Shown here in pieces: positions 32,301 to 46,210 of a stretch of DNA of 64,000 bases; positions within the stretch are counted from its first letter, which is position 1; every line of letters starts with the position of its first letter. The DNA comes from a virus (taxonomy: Duplodnaviria > Caudoviricetes). The position numbers and the translations under genes are program-made. The DNA is taken from positions 24,094 through 88,093 of IMG/VR virus record IMGVR_UViG_3300021400_000761; one strand, given 5' to 3'. The notes under the pieces were generated by a model that ran no database searches, was not told the origin of the DNA, and was given only the letters and a program-made list of their open reading frames with translations.

Positions 32301-35300
32301 TATACAAAACATCGTACGTATTATCTCCAGAATTTCTAAATTCCATAAGATAATAACGTCCATTTTGCATCAAATATGTCTTTCCATAATTAATGTCATT
32401 ACCGTATAAATCTTTTGTAACATCAATAACTCCAAATGGTTTAGACATCATTTTTTTCTACATCAATTGTCTGAAAGTTGCTCCACGCATGTTTTCATTT
32501 GTAAACGCATAAGATGCACATTTTACAATCCAACCACTTCCAGATTTTTCTAAGAAACCTGTAAATAAAGGTTTATCGGTTGTATTTTCAGGTCTATTAG
32601 ACATATTCTAAATCAATAAGTGTGTAACTGCTTCTTCAAAAATACCGCCATCGTGTACTTTTACTTTGTTGTCAAATGACGATACAGTTTCAGCAGGAGC
32701 TTCTACATCAAGATAGTAAGCTATATTTAAATTTTGCGATATTCCATATATGCTGTTTAGTAGATGCTAGTTTACTGTAGCACTCTAATCTACATTACGT
32801 TTAATATAGTCAATCATCTTTGTACTTTCTAATATTTCAATATGTTCTTTAGACATATCGCCTATAATTGCGTTTTTGGCTGCACAATAAATGTAACTAC
32901 CTAATGTAGCATTATTATACTACTAACTTAATAAATAATGTAACTCATTGAATTCTGCTAAAACTGGATTTATTAATATTTCTTCTGCAGATTCCAAATT
33001 ATAAGTAGATTCACCGTTATGCCATTTACCGGGAACTATATTAGTTGTAATCTTACCTGTTTTTGGATCTTTCTATTCTACTATTTGGTCTTTAGTTTTA
33101 TATTTAAATAATATTAACTTACCGTTAGAATCTATCCAATTATTATCATTTATATCTTTTGCTAATATTTTGTAACTGTCATCAATATAATCTCCATTTA
33201 TAGTTTTTACCTATAATTCAAAATTATTAGTTAAAAGATTAAACAAAAATCTTCTATTACGTTCAGCAATATGTTCGGCATACTTTCCATCAAATCTATT
33301 TCTTAATTCAGAAATTAATAAGTTAGCATAAAGTTTTCCTTTTTTATCAGCTGAATAATGTACATTGTTTACAAAGTCTATTTCGTTTAAGAAATTATCT
33401 TCATTGTATCTAGATATAATATCTAAAAACAGCGAATAAGCTTTTTGTCCAACAGAATTTAGTCCATCAAATGTATTTTCTCCATATTCACCTATATATA
33501 AATTTATAGGATTTATACCATATCTGTTTACAAAATAAGAAATGCTATCGGAATTAGAAATTTTCTATTGCTATAACCATTCGTTTAATTTATAATAATC
33601 ACTTCTAACTAAATCTAATGTTTTCTAATAAGAATCTCTTAATTCTTCTACTAATTCTGATTTATCAGTAGCTTCAAATTTGTTCTATTTTAATGGAGTA
33701 AAATTAAATCTAAATTTTTTTACACCTATATCTTCTTTATCTGAAGTAGTACTGTAAATAACTTTAGTTTCATTCTTAGATCTCATTTTTAAGAAATGTT
33801 CTACAAATCTTGTAGTAAGATTCTCATTAAAAGTCATTCTAGTAGCTTTCTTATATACTTCAGATGAAGATAATTCTCTTAATTTTTCATATCCTAAGAA
33901 TCGATCGAATACAGAATATCCAGAAGTAACCGAATTTGGATTAGCGTTAGAGACTGCCCATCTTTCAGTGACTTCAGTACTTCCATTAGTAATACTCTAA
34001 CTTGAAATCATATTACCATCTGCTGTAAGAATTGTATTTTTTAGTAATTTGTTTTTTACTATATAATCTAATTCTACTAATTTATCAAAAGTACCTAAGT
34101 CCTTATCATTGAAAAAGTCTATATATAATGTGTACGGAAATGTAACTTTTGGCATTTCTTCAACATTATAAGTCCTACTTAAATGATTACGTAAATCTAA
34201 ATCATTTTTAAATTCGTAGTTTTGTATATCAATGTGTTTAGCCAACATCGGTATGCACATTTTAAGTAATTGTGCATTTACACCAGAACCCTAAAATTCT
34301 AAAAATAACGAATCTTTAAATCTAGTGTTCTTAAACGATATTCCTTGTAATATATTAGAATAAAAATCAGTTAATTCAGAATATACATAGTCAGTATCGT
34401 TATTTTCAAACTTTATTTGAACAGCTTCTGTATGTCTAGCTTTTGGATCATATGTAGCAGAAAAAACGCCTTCTTTATATATTCTATATTTACCGTTATT
34501 TAATTTTTCTATATTTACGCCTATATTAAATAAATTTCCAGTTAAAGCCGCATTAATAGCTCTTTGTAATATTCTAGTCTCTGATTTTACTTGAGACAAA
34601 AACATAAACTATTCTCTAGGTTTACCTTTTTCAAATTTTATACTAGTAACGTTATTTGGAGATGTTAAATCCATTTGTGCAACAAACATGTCGTAATATT
34701 TGTTAGCTCTACCTCCTCTATTTTTTGTAGCTAAATTAAATAAAGATTTACCTTCTGCTTCAAACAAACTCTTATTTAATGAGTATATTGAATCCCAAGG
34801 CATAAATTTTATCTATGCTTTTTGTGATATAAGTCGTTGTGCAGAAGGATTACTTAATATTTCAAAAAGTATAGGATAAACTATTTCACCATTAGTTCTC
34901 ATTAAATTACCTAAATCGTATAATGAATTTTCTTTTATTTTTAATCCTAAATCTACTAATTCATATCCGTATTTATTTATTAATTCATCTGTTAAAATAC
35001 TTTCTAAAGTGATAGTTCTAGCAGGATTAGAAAATACAATGTTTTTGATTGTAGACATTGCATTATTTAAGTCAGTCTTTGTTAAATATACACCCTGTTT
35101 GACTTGCCCAGTTTTACTATCATATTTTTTAAAAGTAGTTAACAGTTTCTATAAAATCAAATTCATTATTTGATCTGGAGTTTTTTCTTTATCGCCCCAA
35201 CTCTAAGCGTTTACATCTGTTGTATCTACTAATTGATATTTATAATTATTATATACATCAACTCCTACAAGACTATTTGCAATATCAATTATTCCATTAA

Positions 35301-36039
35301 ATTCGTGCAATAATAAATAATCAAAGTTTTTATAAATAAACCATTTCTTATAAATATCTACTAGTTCTGGATGTTTTTCTGTGTATAAGTCTAAGGATGT
35401 TCCAGAGTAAGGAATTGAAAACAAGTTATTTATTTTATCAAATGTTGCTTTATCAAATAAATTAAAACTACCATCACTATTATACAATTCAGAATTTAAT
35501 ACTATTTTATCTTCTGGATTTACTGAATTATAATAGTCTATTAAATCTTTAAATAAACTCGATTTATATCGTAATAACTATATCGTTCCTTGTATATTAT
35601 CTGTAGATTCAATTTGATTCTCAATATCAACAAAAAAACTCTTTAGTATTTCAGATGTAAAATCCTATTGCATTTGTAATTTTACATATGAATCTCCAAA
35701 CCAATAGTTTAATTCTTTTTCTATTTTTACCAGTTGTTTTGGATCATTTTGTCTAGGTTCTTTATCAACTTTTTCTTGTTGATAATCCTGTCTAGATACT
35801 TTATCTATCTCTTCGATTGATAAATCGGTATGTAATTTACCTAAGATAAACATCGATCGTAACAACTTAAAAACATCTTCTCTATCCTGTTGCGTAAATT
35901 CGGATGAATCTAAGCTAAAATCCATCCGAATTGTTTTTGCAACATGTATAGCGATTTCTCTTTTTGATAATTTTTTATCTGCATTATTTATCAATTGTGA
36001 TACTTTTGATCTTATTTGATCATTGCTACATTTTCCCAT
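26395..36039 (-). CDS. crAss-type virion single-subunit DNA-dependent RNA polymerase, about 3214 aa (TAG=Gln)
   Basis: All track fragments from 36039 to 27139 are in one frame. Motifs KVHDGG...GWIVKCASYAFTNENMR, RIPAQG, and catalytic LQGSDYDVDK (DxDxD at 29668-29682). Ends KPC-TAA. Confidence 0.9.
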
Positions 36040-39000
36040 TATAATTCAAGTTTTAAATTAAATGTACAGAACTTTTCTTCTACTTCTTCAAATTTTTCTT
36101 CTTGTAATATATATTTATCAAGCAATTCTTTAAAATCTTTTACTCGTTGATCGTTAGAATTTATCATTTCTTCAAATGATTTAATAGAGTCAACAATTTC
36201 ATCTATTCCAGCAGCTTCAAATATAGAATGATTTTCAATATCGTCTAAATCGGTACTTAATTTATCTTTTATTTGTATACCGTTCTCTATAATAAACTCC
36301 CTTAATCCATCAATTATATTCTAAACATCATCGTTACGTAGATCTATTTTCTAAATTTCTCCAATACCTTCGGATTGAGTAGTGTTACTTTCTAAAATTT
36401 TGATCGGTTCCCAGATACAATATAATCTATCTTTTTGTAATATTAAACCATCTGTAACTTCTACATTTGTTTTCATTAACTAATATATACTTCCATCTGA
36501 ATGCATATAAGTTATATATTCATTAGTTTCTCCTGGTTGACCTGTATCTGGTATCGTTTCGATCTTTTCCAACATTCCATGTCTTTCACTACTATCAAAT
36601 ACCTAATATAATCCCTATTTATTTTTAAACCAAATTACATTCTAATCATTGTTTAATTTTGTCTCTATATCAACAGTACCATATCTACTTTGTAATCTTG
36701 GATTTGCAAATATAGGTATATTGACTCTACTAGATATATCTGACATATAATCAGTGTATTGATCTGTAAAGGAATGCTATTTATTTATTTCTTCCCACAT
36801 TTTAGAAGCAGAATTAGGTTTACTCACTCTCTCTATTTGTGAAAGAATATTATTTAATAAAGGTGTCATATTTCCATGAGCAATTGTAGAATCATATTTA
36901 CCTAACATTCTAAATGGCTATTTAGTACCGTCAGATAAAGTTAACGAATAAGGATCATTTAACCTATCAATATTAGCTAAGTATATAAATCCTCTAATAT
37001 TCTATTGTGTACTAGAACTGTCTAGTTTCGTCTCCCAATAAGTATTTTCAAATCCTTTTTCTTTTAATTTTTGTACTAATACTTTTTCTTGTTCACCGCC
37101 AAATATACTACTTTTTGTAAGACCTCTATCCGCATTACCAAATGTAAAATCAAATAGAAATGAATCGAATACAGCTAAAATCTATATAGGTTTATTAGGA
37201 TCATTACCAACATGCTCATGACCTTTTATTTGAGAATTAGATTTAAGTATCTCGGCAACTTTCTTTAATCTTTCATCTTTATCTGTTCCGGTTAAAGTAT
37301 CTGCTTCTGCTTCTATAGTATTGACCTATTCTATTATAGGTTTTAATTTTGCATATAACGAAGTTAATAAACTACTTCCTGTAATACTTTTAGATTTTTG
37401 AATTTCTGATTCTATTTCTGACTATAATGCCTAAACTATTCTAAACGATGTAAACGCACTGCCTACTTTACTAATTTTCGTAGCATTTTGATCTCTTGTT
37501 CCCTACAACCATCTAAAGAAATCTTCTAATTCGGCTATAGGCTTCTACACATACATGACAGCAGCTCTACGATGTTTACCTGTATCATATAATGCGTCTA
37601 TCATATCACTATCACTTTTTAAATCAGTATCGCCAACTATTACAAACGGATGACCTGCTTCAACTACAAATCCATCTCCTAAAGTAATATTGTTTTTAGT
37701 TACCATTATATTAGATAACTTAACTCTAGCATTTTTAACAAAATCAGAAATTTTTTCCCATTCTGGTATAGACTCTAATCTTCCATAAATATCCCAGGTT
37801 CTTGTTGTATGTTCACCTTTAATTAATGACTATTTAGGTCCGTCAAAAGTAAAACTATCTCGAGGAACCCATTCACCATTATTTAATGTTATTGGAACAG
37901 CAACGTTATTTGCTATAGTAAATATCTAAAATAATTTAGCATAGGTTAATAATTCAGAAGCTACTGCCTATCCACGATTATATGGACCAAATATATTTTG
38001 TTCTAAATAATCATTAACCTTATCAAGCTAATCTCTATTTTGAGCTAATTTATGAGCTTTGTCTACTATATTCCAATTATTTGGCAATTGTCTTTTTCCT
38101 TCTGAATGTTGTCTAGTAATTATTTCATAATATGTTTCAGGATTCATTAATTTTAATATCGGAACTTCTATTAAATCCTTTTTACTTTTACTTCCAATTA
38201 TTAACCGTATATCAGATAATAAATCTTTATCCCTATCATTAAGATGCCCCTTAAAAATTTTATACGCTGTATCAATAGCTCGTTTTAAAAATCTAGCAAG
38301 GCCTCTTCTACCTTTATCTATCCAACCCTTAGTAGTAAGCTGATTATCTGTGTTTTCTCTACTGACTAAACTAAATGTAACATACATATCATCTATTGAC
38401 AATCCTCCACGAACACCCATATCCAATCCAAATTTATTAAATATTACTTTTAATTTAGATATGAGTTCTTGTCTATTATTAGCTGTTTCTGCTGCATTTT
38501 TAATTTTATCAATTACACTCCAAACATATTCAGCATCAGTAAATTTTGCTAAATCTTGTTGTGTTGGATTCTATGAAAGTATACCAAATTCTTTTGCTAT
38601 ATGTATTAAACCGTTTACGCCATCCCTACGTTTTGTATAAGCTGGAGTCTAACCATGATCTATCATGGTATTATCTAATTCTATTACATCTTTTCCAGTA
38701 TTAGGATCGGTTACAACTCTACCACCTATACCGTTTGTCATAACAGTATAAATATTAATATCTGCCACTTCCTAAGATAATGTATGTGCATTATTATTTA
38801 ATGGTTTTGTAGGATCCTATTTTATTTCTGGCTATACTGGAATTGTTCTAGGAAGAGACATGTTTTTTTCATTTAGCTACTATCTCGTTTCTTCAACATT
38901 TCCTAAATCTCCATCTAAGCCTGTTTCAACCTGTACTTCTATTTTCTTAGGTTGAGTTACACCGAATATTCTTAATTTATCAGAAAGATTTAATTTATCA

Positions 39001-42000
39001 AGAAGTTTAACATACTTATCAATCATATCGTTGATAATTTCTTTTGGTATAGGTTTAGAAATTGTTATGTTTGGATCATCTACAGATCTCTAAAAAGTAC
39101 CTGTTTCATCATCGAGATATGTTAACGAACCTTGTTTGCTTCTAGTTAAAGCAGTATATACAGTCCTTCCATAATCAGAACTATTTGCATATACTCCTTT
39201 GGTCATATCGACTATATAATAATCTAATTCTCCGCCTTGAGCTGACGTTCCTTTCTTTGCATTCTATAGTATGTAATCTGATAGCTCTTTTTCCAATCCG
39301 TTTTTAATATATTGATATATTACTGAATCTTCAGATTGGTAAATTAATCCTATAGACTTTCCACTATTTTTAGCATAAACAATTGCCTAATGCATTTCCT
39401 ATTTTTGTCTATCCAAACCAGATCCATCATGTAGCTCTTCAACTTTATCGCCGATTATTTCTCCCTAATCTGTAATATGATGTTTTAAAGTAATAATCGC
39501 ATGTGAATTTGAAGCTAATTGCATTGCAATTCTTGAAGGATTCATAAAATCATCACAATGCTATGCTAATTCGTTTGTATTATAATCCTTTAAATTGTTT
39601 GAATTTCTAAATGAGATAGCATTTCTTGGAGTACTAAAGAATGAAGTTATAGCATTCTAAGATATTATATATTTGTTTCCGTTTTCTGCAAAACCTAAAC
39701 TTTCTGGATAAAGCTTATCAGATACTGCACCTGCCTAATAAACGTCGCCCGCTAAAATAATTTTTGTTCCATATTTTTCTTCTAATCTTTCTAAAGCATC
39801 TACGTCTTCAGAAGATAATCTAGCTGCTTCATCTATTATTAATAATGTAGGAGGTTCTGCAATTTCTTTCACTTCTAATTTATATCTAGCTATTCCATCT
39901 TCATCCCAATAATAATTATCTTCAACAGGTTTTATTTTACCAGTATTTGCATCTCGTACGATATCATAGTCTACAAAATGCTCTTTCATAAATTCTTCAA
40001 TACTATAACCTGTTCCAGGCAATCCTAATTGTGCTAACTAATCAGTTGCTTCTTTTTTTCCAATATGTATAGCACATACTTTCTAAGTAATATTTGAATC
40101 AGCCAATTGTATCATTCTTGTAACTAATGGAAGTATTGCTTGGCTTTTTCCTGCCCCAGCGATTGCATCTATTAATACAATTGGGTGTATAAACATATGT
40201 TTTTCTTGTGCGTTTGGACCTAAGCTTTTATTATAAGCTTTAGCGAAATTTTTAAATATCTATCTATTTAACAAATAAGATAATCCGATTAATGCACTTA
40301 TTTCTTGTGTTCGTAAAGGCATTATAGCTTTATCTGTATCTTTCATACTCTATAATACACTTTTCACAAGATATTTAGAAGACTTTGCAGAAACTGATGC
40401 AAATGTTGCTAACAATCCTATAAAAGTTCTATCGTCTATATTAGCTTTCTTTGATCCATCTAATATTTCCTTGGCACAATCTTTTGCAAAATTATCAGCA
40501 TTAATAAATTCCATTAATTTAATAGGATCATTCACTTTTTCAATATTATCCTAGAAGAAATCAAATATAGCTTCTTGAACATCTAATATTTCATTTTCAA
40601 ATTTAATTGTATCCTTTTCATCTAATATTACATTGTCATCAGCTAACAATTTTAAAACATCTACATTATTTAAAGCAGCTTCTAATTTTTGTTTATTCCA
40701 ATCTGATGGAATTTTATCCATCAATGTAGATAATTTCTTATAAAAACTTACACAAAATTGCTATCCTACTTTTTCGTGAATTGCTCGTTTTCTATTTTCT
40801 ACTGCAACAAATACACGTCTATATAATTCTGCTTGATTCTATAACGTATATACTTCTTTTAAAAGATTATTAGCTTCAATATAATCTAGTGTAATTAAAT
40901 TCGTCCCATACAAATCGTTTTTTGTAGCGTTATACGCAAATGCGTTATGTGGACTAGTATCGTTTTTTACAGAAGCTATTAATGATGAAGCATATAATTT
41001 TGCAGATTCTACAATATTATCTAATTCAGTCAAATAATTACCATTACTAGAAATTTCTTCTATGGATTGTGCTCCATTTATAATATTTTCTGCAGTATTA
41101 AATACTGTATCAGCATCTATACCAAATACATCAGAAGCGATTTTAAATATCGTATCTTGTACAGATGTAGAAGCTTTTTCTGTAACAAGTTTTTTTAACT
41201 TCTTTATATTTGATAATTCTCCATCAACAAATATTTCATCACCGTTTTCATCTAGTAATAAATCTTGTAATTTTTCTGAACCTATTACTTTTACGTCATA
41301 ATGATTAGATACATCTGTTAAAAATTTTAATAACGGTCGTTTAATTATTATTGGCAAGTATTCATTTTCTAATACAACTTGCCATACCTTATCAAAATTT
41401 TTATTTGAAAATAAGAACTTAATATTATCTTCATAAGAGTATTGACCATGTAATTTGTTTTTAAGAAATTCTGTCATTGGTCCATCTCCATTTTCTGCTT
41501 CTGCAGCAGGAATAAATAAAGCGTGTAAAACTACATCATCAGTGTATACACCTGTTAAATCGCCTACTTCTACATCTTTCATCTATTCCTAATAATGTCT
41601 TCTTATTTCAACTAACACTTTCTATAAGTTAGGTGTTAATTTTTCTAAGTCTGGTTTTATATTTGTATTTATTTCATCATTAAATCTAGTAAAACCATCG
41701 TGTGCATATAGTATTTTATCTGCAGATTTTTCATTTTTATATTCCTCTTCTAGTTCTTCTAATCTAGATTCACTAATATCCTTTAATGACTATACCTTTT
41801 CTTTATTTAATGCATATAGATTGAAACTTGTACTAAAATATGGACTACTTATTAAAGTGGACTTTTCAAATATGGATGATAACACAAACGCTTTTCCATA
41901 AGTTCCATCTAAGTATTTTTGAACTTTTTCTTTAGCGGTATTAAATTTTTCTTGTAGTTTAGATAATTCTTTTTCATCCTAATCACTTTTTCTTTCTTTC

Positions 42001-44354
42001 ATATCAGGTCGATTTTCATCCATTTTAGTTTTTGGCTTATAAAAATCCTCTATGGCTTTATCAATCGCAACTAATTCTGATACTGCAGTATTGAAACCTT
42101 GTACAAAAGAAGATTGAACTTTAGAGTTTAATAGATTAAGATATTTATATTCTCTGACTAAATTATCTAATAATTCATTATCTGATATTTTAAGATTGTT
42201 TCTTATAAGAATTTTTTCTATTTGTTGAAGCTAATCTACAATTATTTTCTTACTCTAAATATCTAAATTATCGCTTTTTGAACCTTGAGAATATATTTTA
42301 GTTCCATCATTTAATGTTTTAGATTCTAATTCTGATAAATCCTTAGATGAAATATTCTCTAATTTCATTATTTTATCAATAACTTCATTAGCTTTATCTT
42401 CTCTTGCTAAATATATAAAGTTCTACCAAGCTTCAGTATATTTCATATCATGTATCTGTTTTGCAGCTTTATAATTTCTTAAAGGTGCAAACATAACACC
42501 ACCTAATGCTCCTCCAAAGAATGTAGAACTATACCTATCAAACAACTAAGTGGTATCTCCATCTGAAAAAGCTACCATATGTCCATCTTGCCCAGTTATC
42601 TTATTAGCTAAATTATATATAGAAGCTGTTATGTCACGAAGAACTTCAAAAGATGTCATTTCTACACCACCTGCTAACATACCTTGGACTGTAGCCTATG
42701 TTGCAGTTTGTGCTGGAGTATACATTTCTAGAGGTAGATTTTTTCCTTTGTTAAACCATTTCTAAAACACATTTAAATTTTCTATAGCAGACTTAGAAGT
42801 TTCTATAGCCTAATCTCCTCCTTTAGCTAACAAGTTTGCTACTTTTAATTGACGTAGTTCATTTAATCGGTTTGGAAATATCCAATTACCTATATGACTT
42901 TTCAATATAGCGTATTGTCCGGCAATAGAACCCAAAGTTAAAGCAGTAGCCGCTTCATCAGAAGCACCTTGTGCTTTAGCTTCACCATACGTTTCTGTTC
43001 CAAATGATATTGCCATATACATTTGGGATAAACTTTCTCCAAACTATTGATAATTTTTTTGTAATTGCATAAATTCCTATTCTACTAAACCAGGTATAGA
43101 AGATTCTGTTAATGCTATGCCAAAAGATTTTTCAACTTTTTGTTCTTCTATTAGACCTAACATTGTAGGAATTTTATCTTTTTGTTGATTAAACTATTGT
43201 CTTAACTCTATTTCTCTAGCTTCTTTCCAAGCTTTTATTTCTTCCTTGGTAGATGGTATGGCTTTTTTTCCAAATAATTTTGGTAATTGTTCTCCCATCC
43301 ATTTCATACTATATAAAAATTCAAATGTAGTTCCTGCAAGATTTAATATATTTTCTGCCGACCAAGTATGTTGTTTGGCATAATCAGATGATGTGAATTT
43401 TGTAGTTTTTACAAAATTTTCAACCTTACTTAATGTTTCATTATTACTATCTCCTATAGCCATTTTTCCAAGAGTAGCTAAAGTACTAGTAAAGTTGAGT
43501 AATAAAGATCCTCCAAGATACGCTGTTGTAACTTCTGGACCTAATGCTAAGGGTAATAACATAACAGCATTTCGCATCAATGATCCAAAAACAGATTTCT
43601 TTCTATCATCTGAATCAAAAAAATCATAATCGTTCCAATGACTTTGTTCTTTTGTAAGAATGTTCCATTTACTTAATACTTCTTTATCGTAAGTAGGTCC
43701 ATCAGTAAATTCGTAATAATATGTACCAGTTTCTGGATTTATTTTATACTATCCTTTCTGATAATAGATTTCTACTGGATCATTTGTAGGATTTCCATTA
43801 ACATCTGCATTAAAATCCCATGTTGCTAATACAGCAGTTCTGTCAAAGTCTTTAAATAAAGATTCTTCAGCAGTATAATCTGTAAATTGTCCAGTCTTGG
43901 GATCATATATCGGATTCATTTCGGCCAACTCTTGAGGACTCCATTTAGGAGTACCTTCCTAATTAAAACCTTCAAATCCGAGAGAAACACGATCAGGGTT
44001 AAATGTTTCTGTAATTAAAGTGTCTGGATTTTTTCTTACATTTTCAAAAGGTGCAAAAATATTATCTTTGTAGAAAGATACAGATGCTGCAATATCCTAA
44101 TTAGCAGTATCCATAGCCATATTATTATAAGCTAACAGCCTCTAATCGTAATATTGCTAAAATTTATCATTGTCAAATTTTCCATCCGTCTAAAAAATAG
44201 GGTTTTCACGAATAACTGAAGACTAAGCATACATCTATTCACTACCAATAGACACATTTTTAGTACTTAACCCCACTGTTTTAAAATCGGTATTTGTAAA
44301 ACTTGGATTATTTATCGATTCTAAAATCCAATCGTGTTCCTTTTTTTCATACAT
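36039..44354 (-). CDS. giant virion protein with SF1 (UvrD/RecD-like) helicase domain, about 2771 aa (TAG=Gln)
   Basis: Fragments from 43580 to 38028 are in one frame. Motifs DAIAGAGKS, LLIIDEA, ILAGDVY[TAG], SAQGGELD and VYTALTRSKQG. TAATG overlap with the RNAP gene. Confidence 0.83.
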
Positions 44355-44356
44355 AG

Positions 44357-46210
44357 TTAAAATATATTTTTAGTTGGTTTATAACTTGAAACAGCATTTA
44401 ATTTTGCTTGCCTTACCTAAGACGCAGTTTCTATTTGTTGAGCCTCTCCAGCTTTCATTTTACCCTAGAACCAACTTGTAGAATTACTTGTAATAGGTAT
44501 AAAAATCATACTTTTTACAACATTCTCTGAAGTAAAAGGTACTGTTATGCCAAAAACAGTTGGTCTAGATGGTGAGTATTTTATGCCTTCTTTCTTATTT
44601 TTTGCTTTAAGTTCTGCAACGATTTCTCCTAATTCATAATCGCTTACGTCAGAATATTCTCCGATTAGATGATAATTAGCCCTTCCATTATCTACAAGTT
44701 GCTCATCAGCATACGCTTGCATTACAGCAAACCGTTTATAAAATCCAGTAGAAGTTCCATTTTCTGTAAAATACGGTTTTAATCCATGTTGTGCAAAAAT
44801 CTTATTTATTTCCTAAAATTTTCCTTCTTTTATTAATTGTTTATTATTCTACAAGATTTTTGAAATAGTATTCATATGGTCTACATCAGGTATTATTCTC
44901 CCATTTACTTCTGTATAAGGTAACTCAACACTAACAACTTTATCACCATCTATTAATATTTTGTTAGTATCTATTGATTGAATAGGAATACCTCCAAAAG
45001 AAATTTGAGTTAAATCAATACCGCCATTTAAATCAGACAACGATAGTTCAGATAATAACAGATGTTTTCCCATTGGAGTTCCACCGTTTTTTGATACATA
45101 AGTACTATTTCCGTATGCAACGAATGCGTTTGCCCCATCTGCAATTCTAAACGAATATGGCTAAAGCTCTCCCATTCCTGCAAAAAATCTAGAAGCTGGT
45201 GTAGTATCTACATCATTCATATCAATATCTCCAGATTTTTTACCTTTAGTTAGTCCAGCTTCGGAAGATAAATCATGTTGATAATCAGCATGGATTTCCG
45301 ATGTTTCATCAAGTTGACTACGTAATGCTAATGTTACAAACTATTTAATGCCATCTTTATCAGTTAATCCTATATTTGTAGCATGAGCTTTTAATACTCC
45401 CATTTCTTGAGGATTAAGCTACGCTAATATATAATTTATGGCCATATTTATAGTACCATCGTGAGTAATTTTTTTCTCACTGATTTTATATACGCCGGGT
45501 TCAGATTCCTCTAATATTTTAGAAAGACCTTCTTTTACTTTCGATAATTGACCATCTTTTCTAGCAAAGTATTCTGTAGATGTTGTATATTTTCCAACAT
45601 TAGAAGCAAGATCATTTATTGTCTTAACTACATCTTTTATTCCTATACTACTAGCAATAACATTTGTAAACTAACCTTTATCAAAAGCTTTACCTGTATA
45701 ATATGCACGCATTTGTGCCATATATCCTATAGTAACCATACGATCTCCTTCCTATAAATGAGCAGGATCTCTTAATGTAACGTTTCCATCGCTATCAGCT
45801 ACATATACACTACCATCACTAGTTACAGCAAATTCCTACAATGTTCCTTTTTCACGAGCATGTTTAATAGCATCATCGTATTCTTGTTTATTCTATCTAA
45901 TTTCTGGCAATATTGAAAGTAACTAGTTATACATTCTATTTTTAGCTCGTGGATTACTATTGCTAAGCATATTATGAAATATTTCAGAATTTTCTATAAA
46001 ATACTATACATCACTAGGTAGGCCGTGTTCTAATAGAAACTTTCTCATTTCTTTATCTATTAATTCATCGCCTTCTTTACTTTCTTTTGTTGTTGATTCT
46101 GTAGATCCACTAAAAATACTAGATCCACCAAATTGAGGCAACGGCTATTCTACATTTGTAAAGCTGACGAAGGCAGGTAAGCCTCCGCCAGCTAATTTCT
46201 TTATTCTCAT
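44357..46210 (-). CDS. virion cargo-region protein, about 617 aa (TAG=Gln)
   Basis: MRIRKLAGGG start; fragments ending at 45073 and 44722 are in frame; TAA at 44357. Confidence 0.75.
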
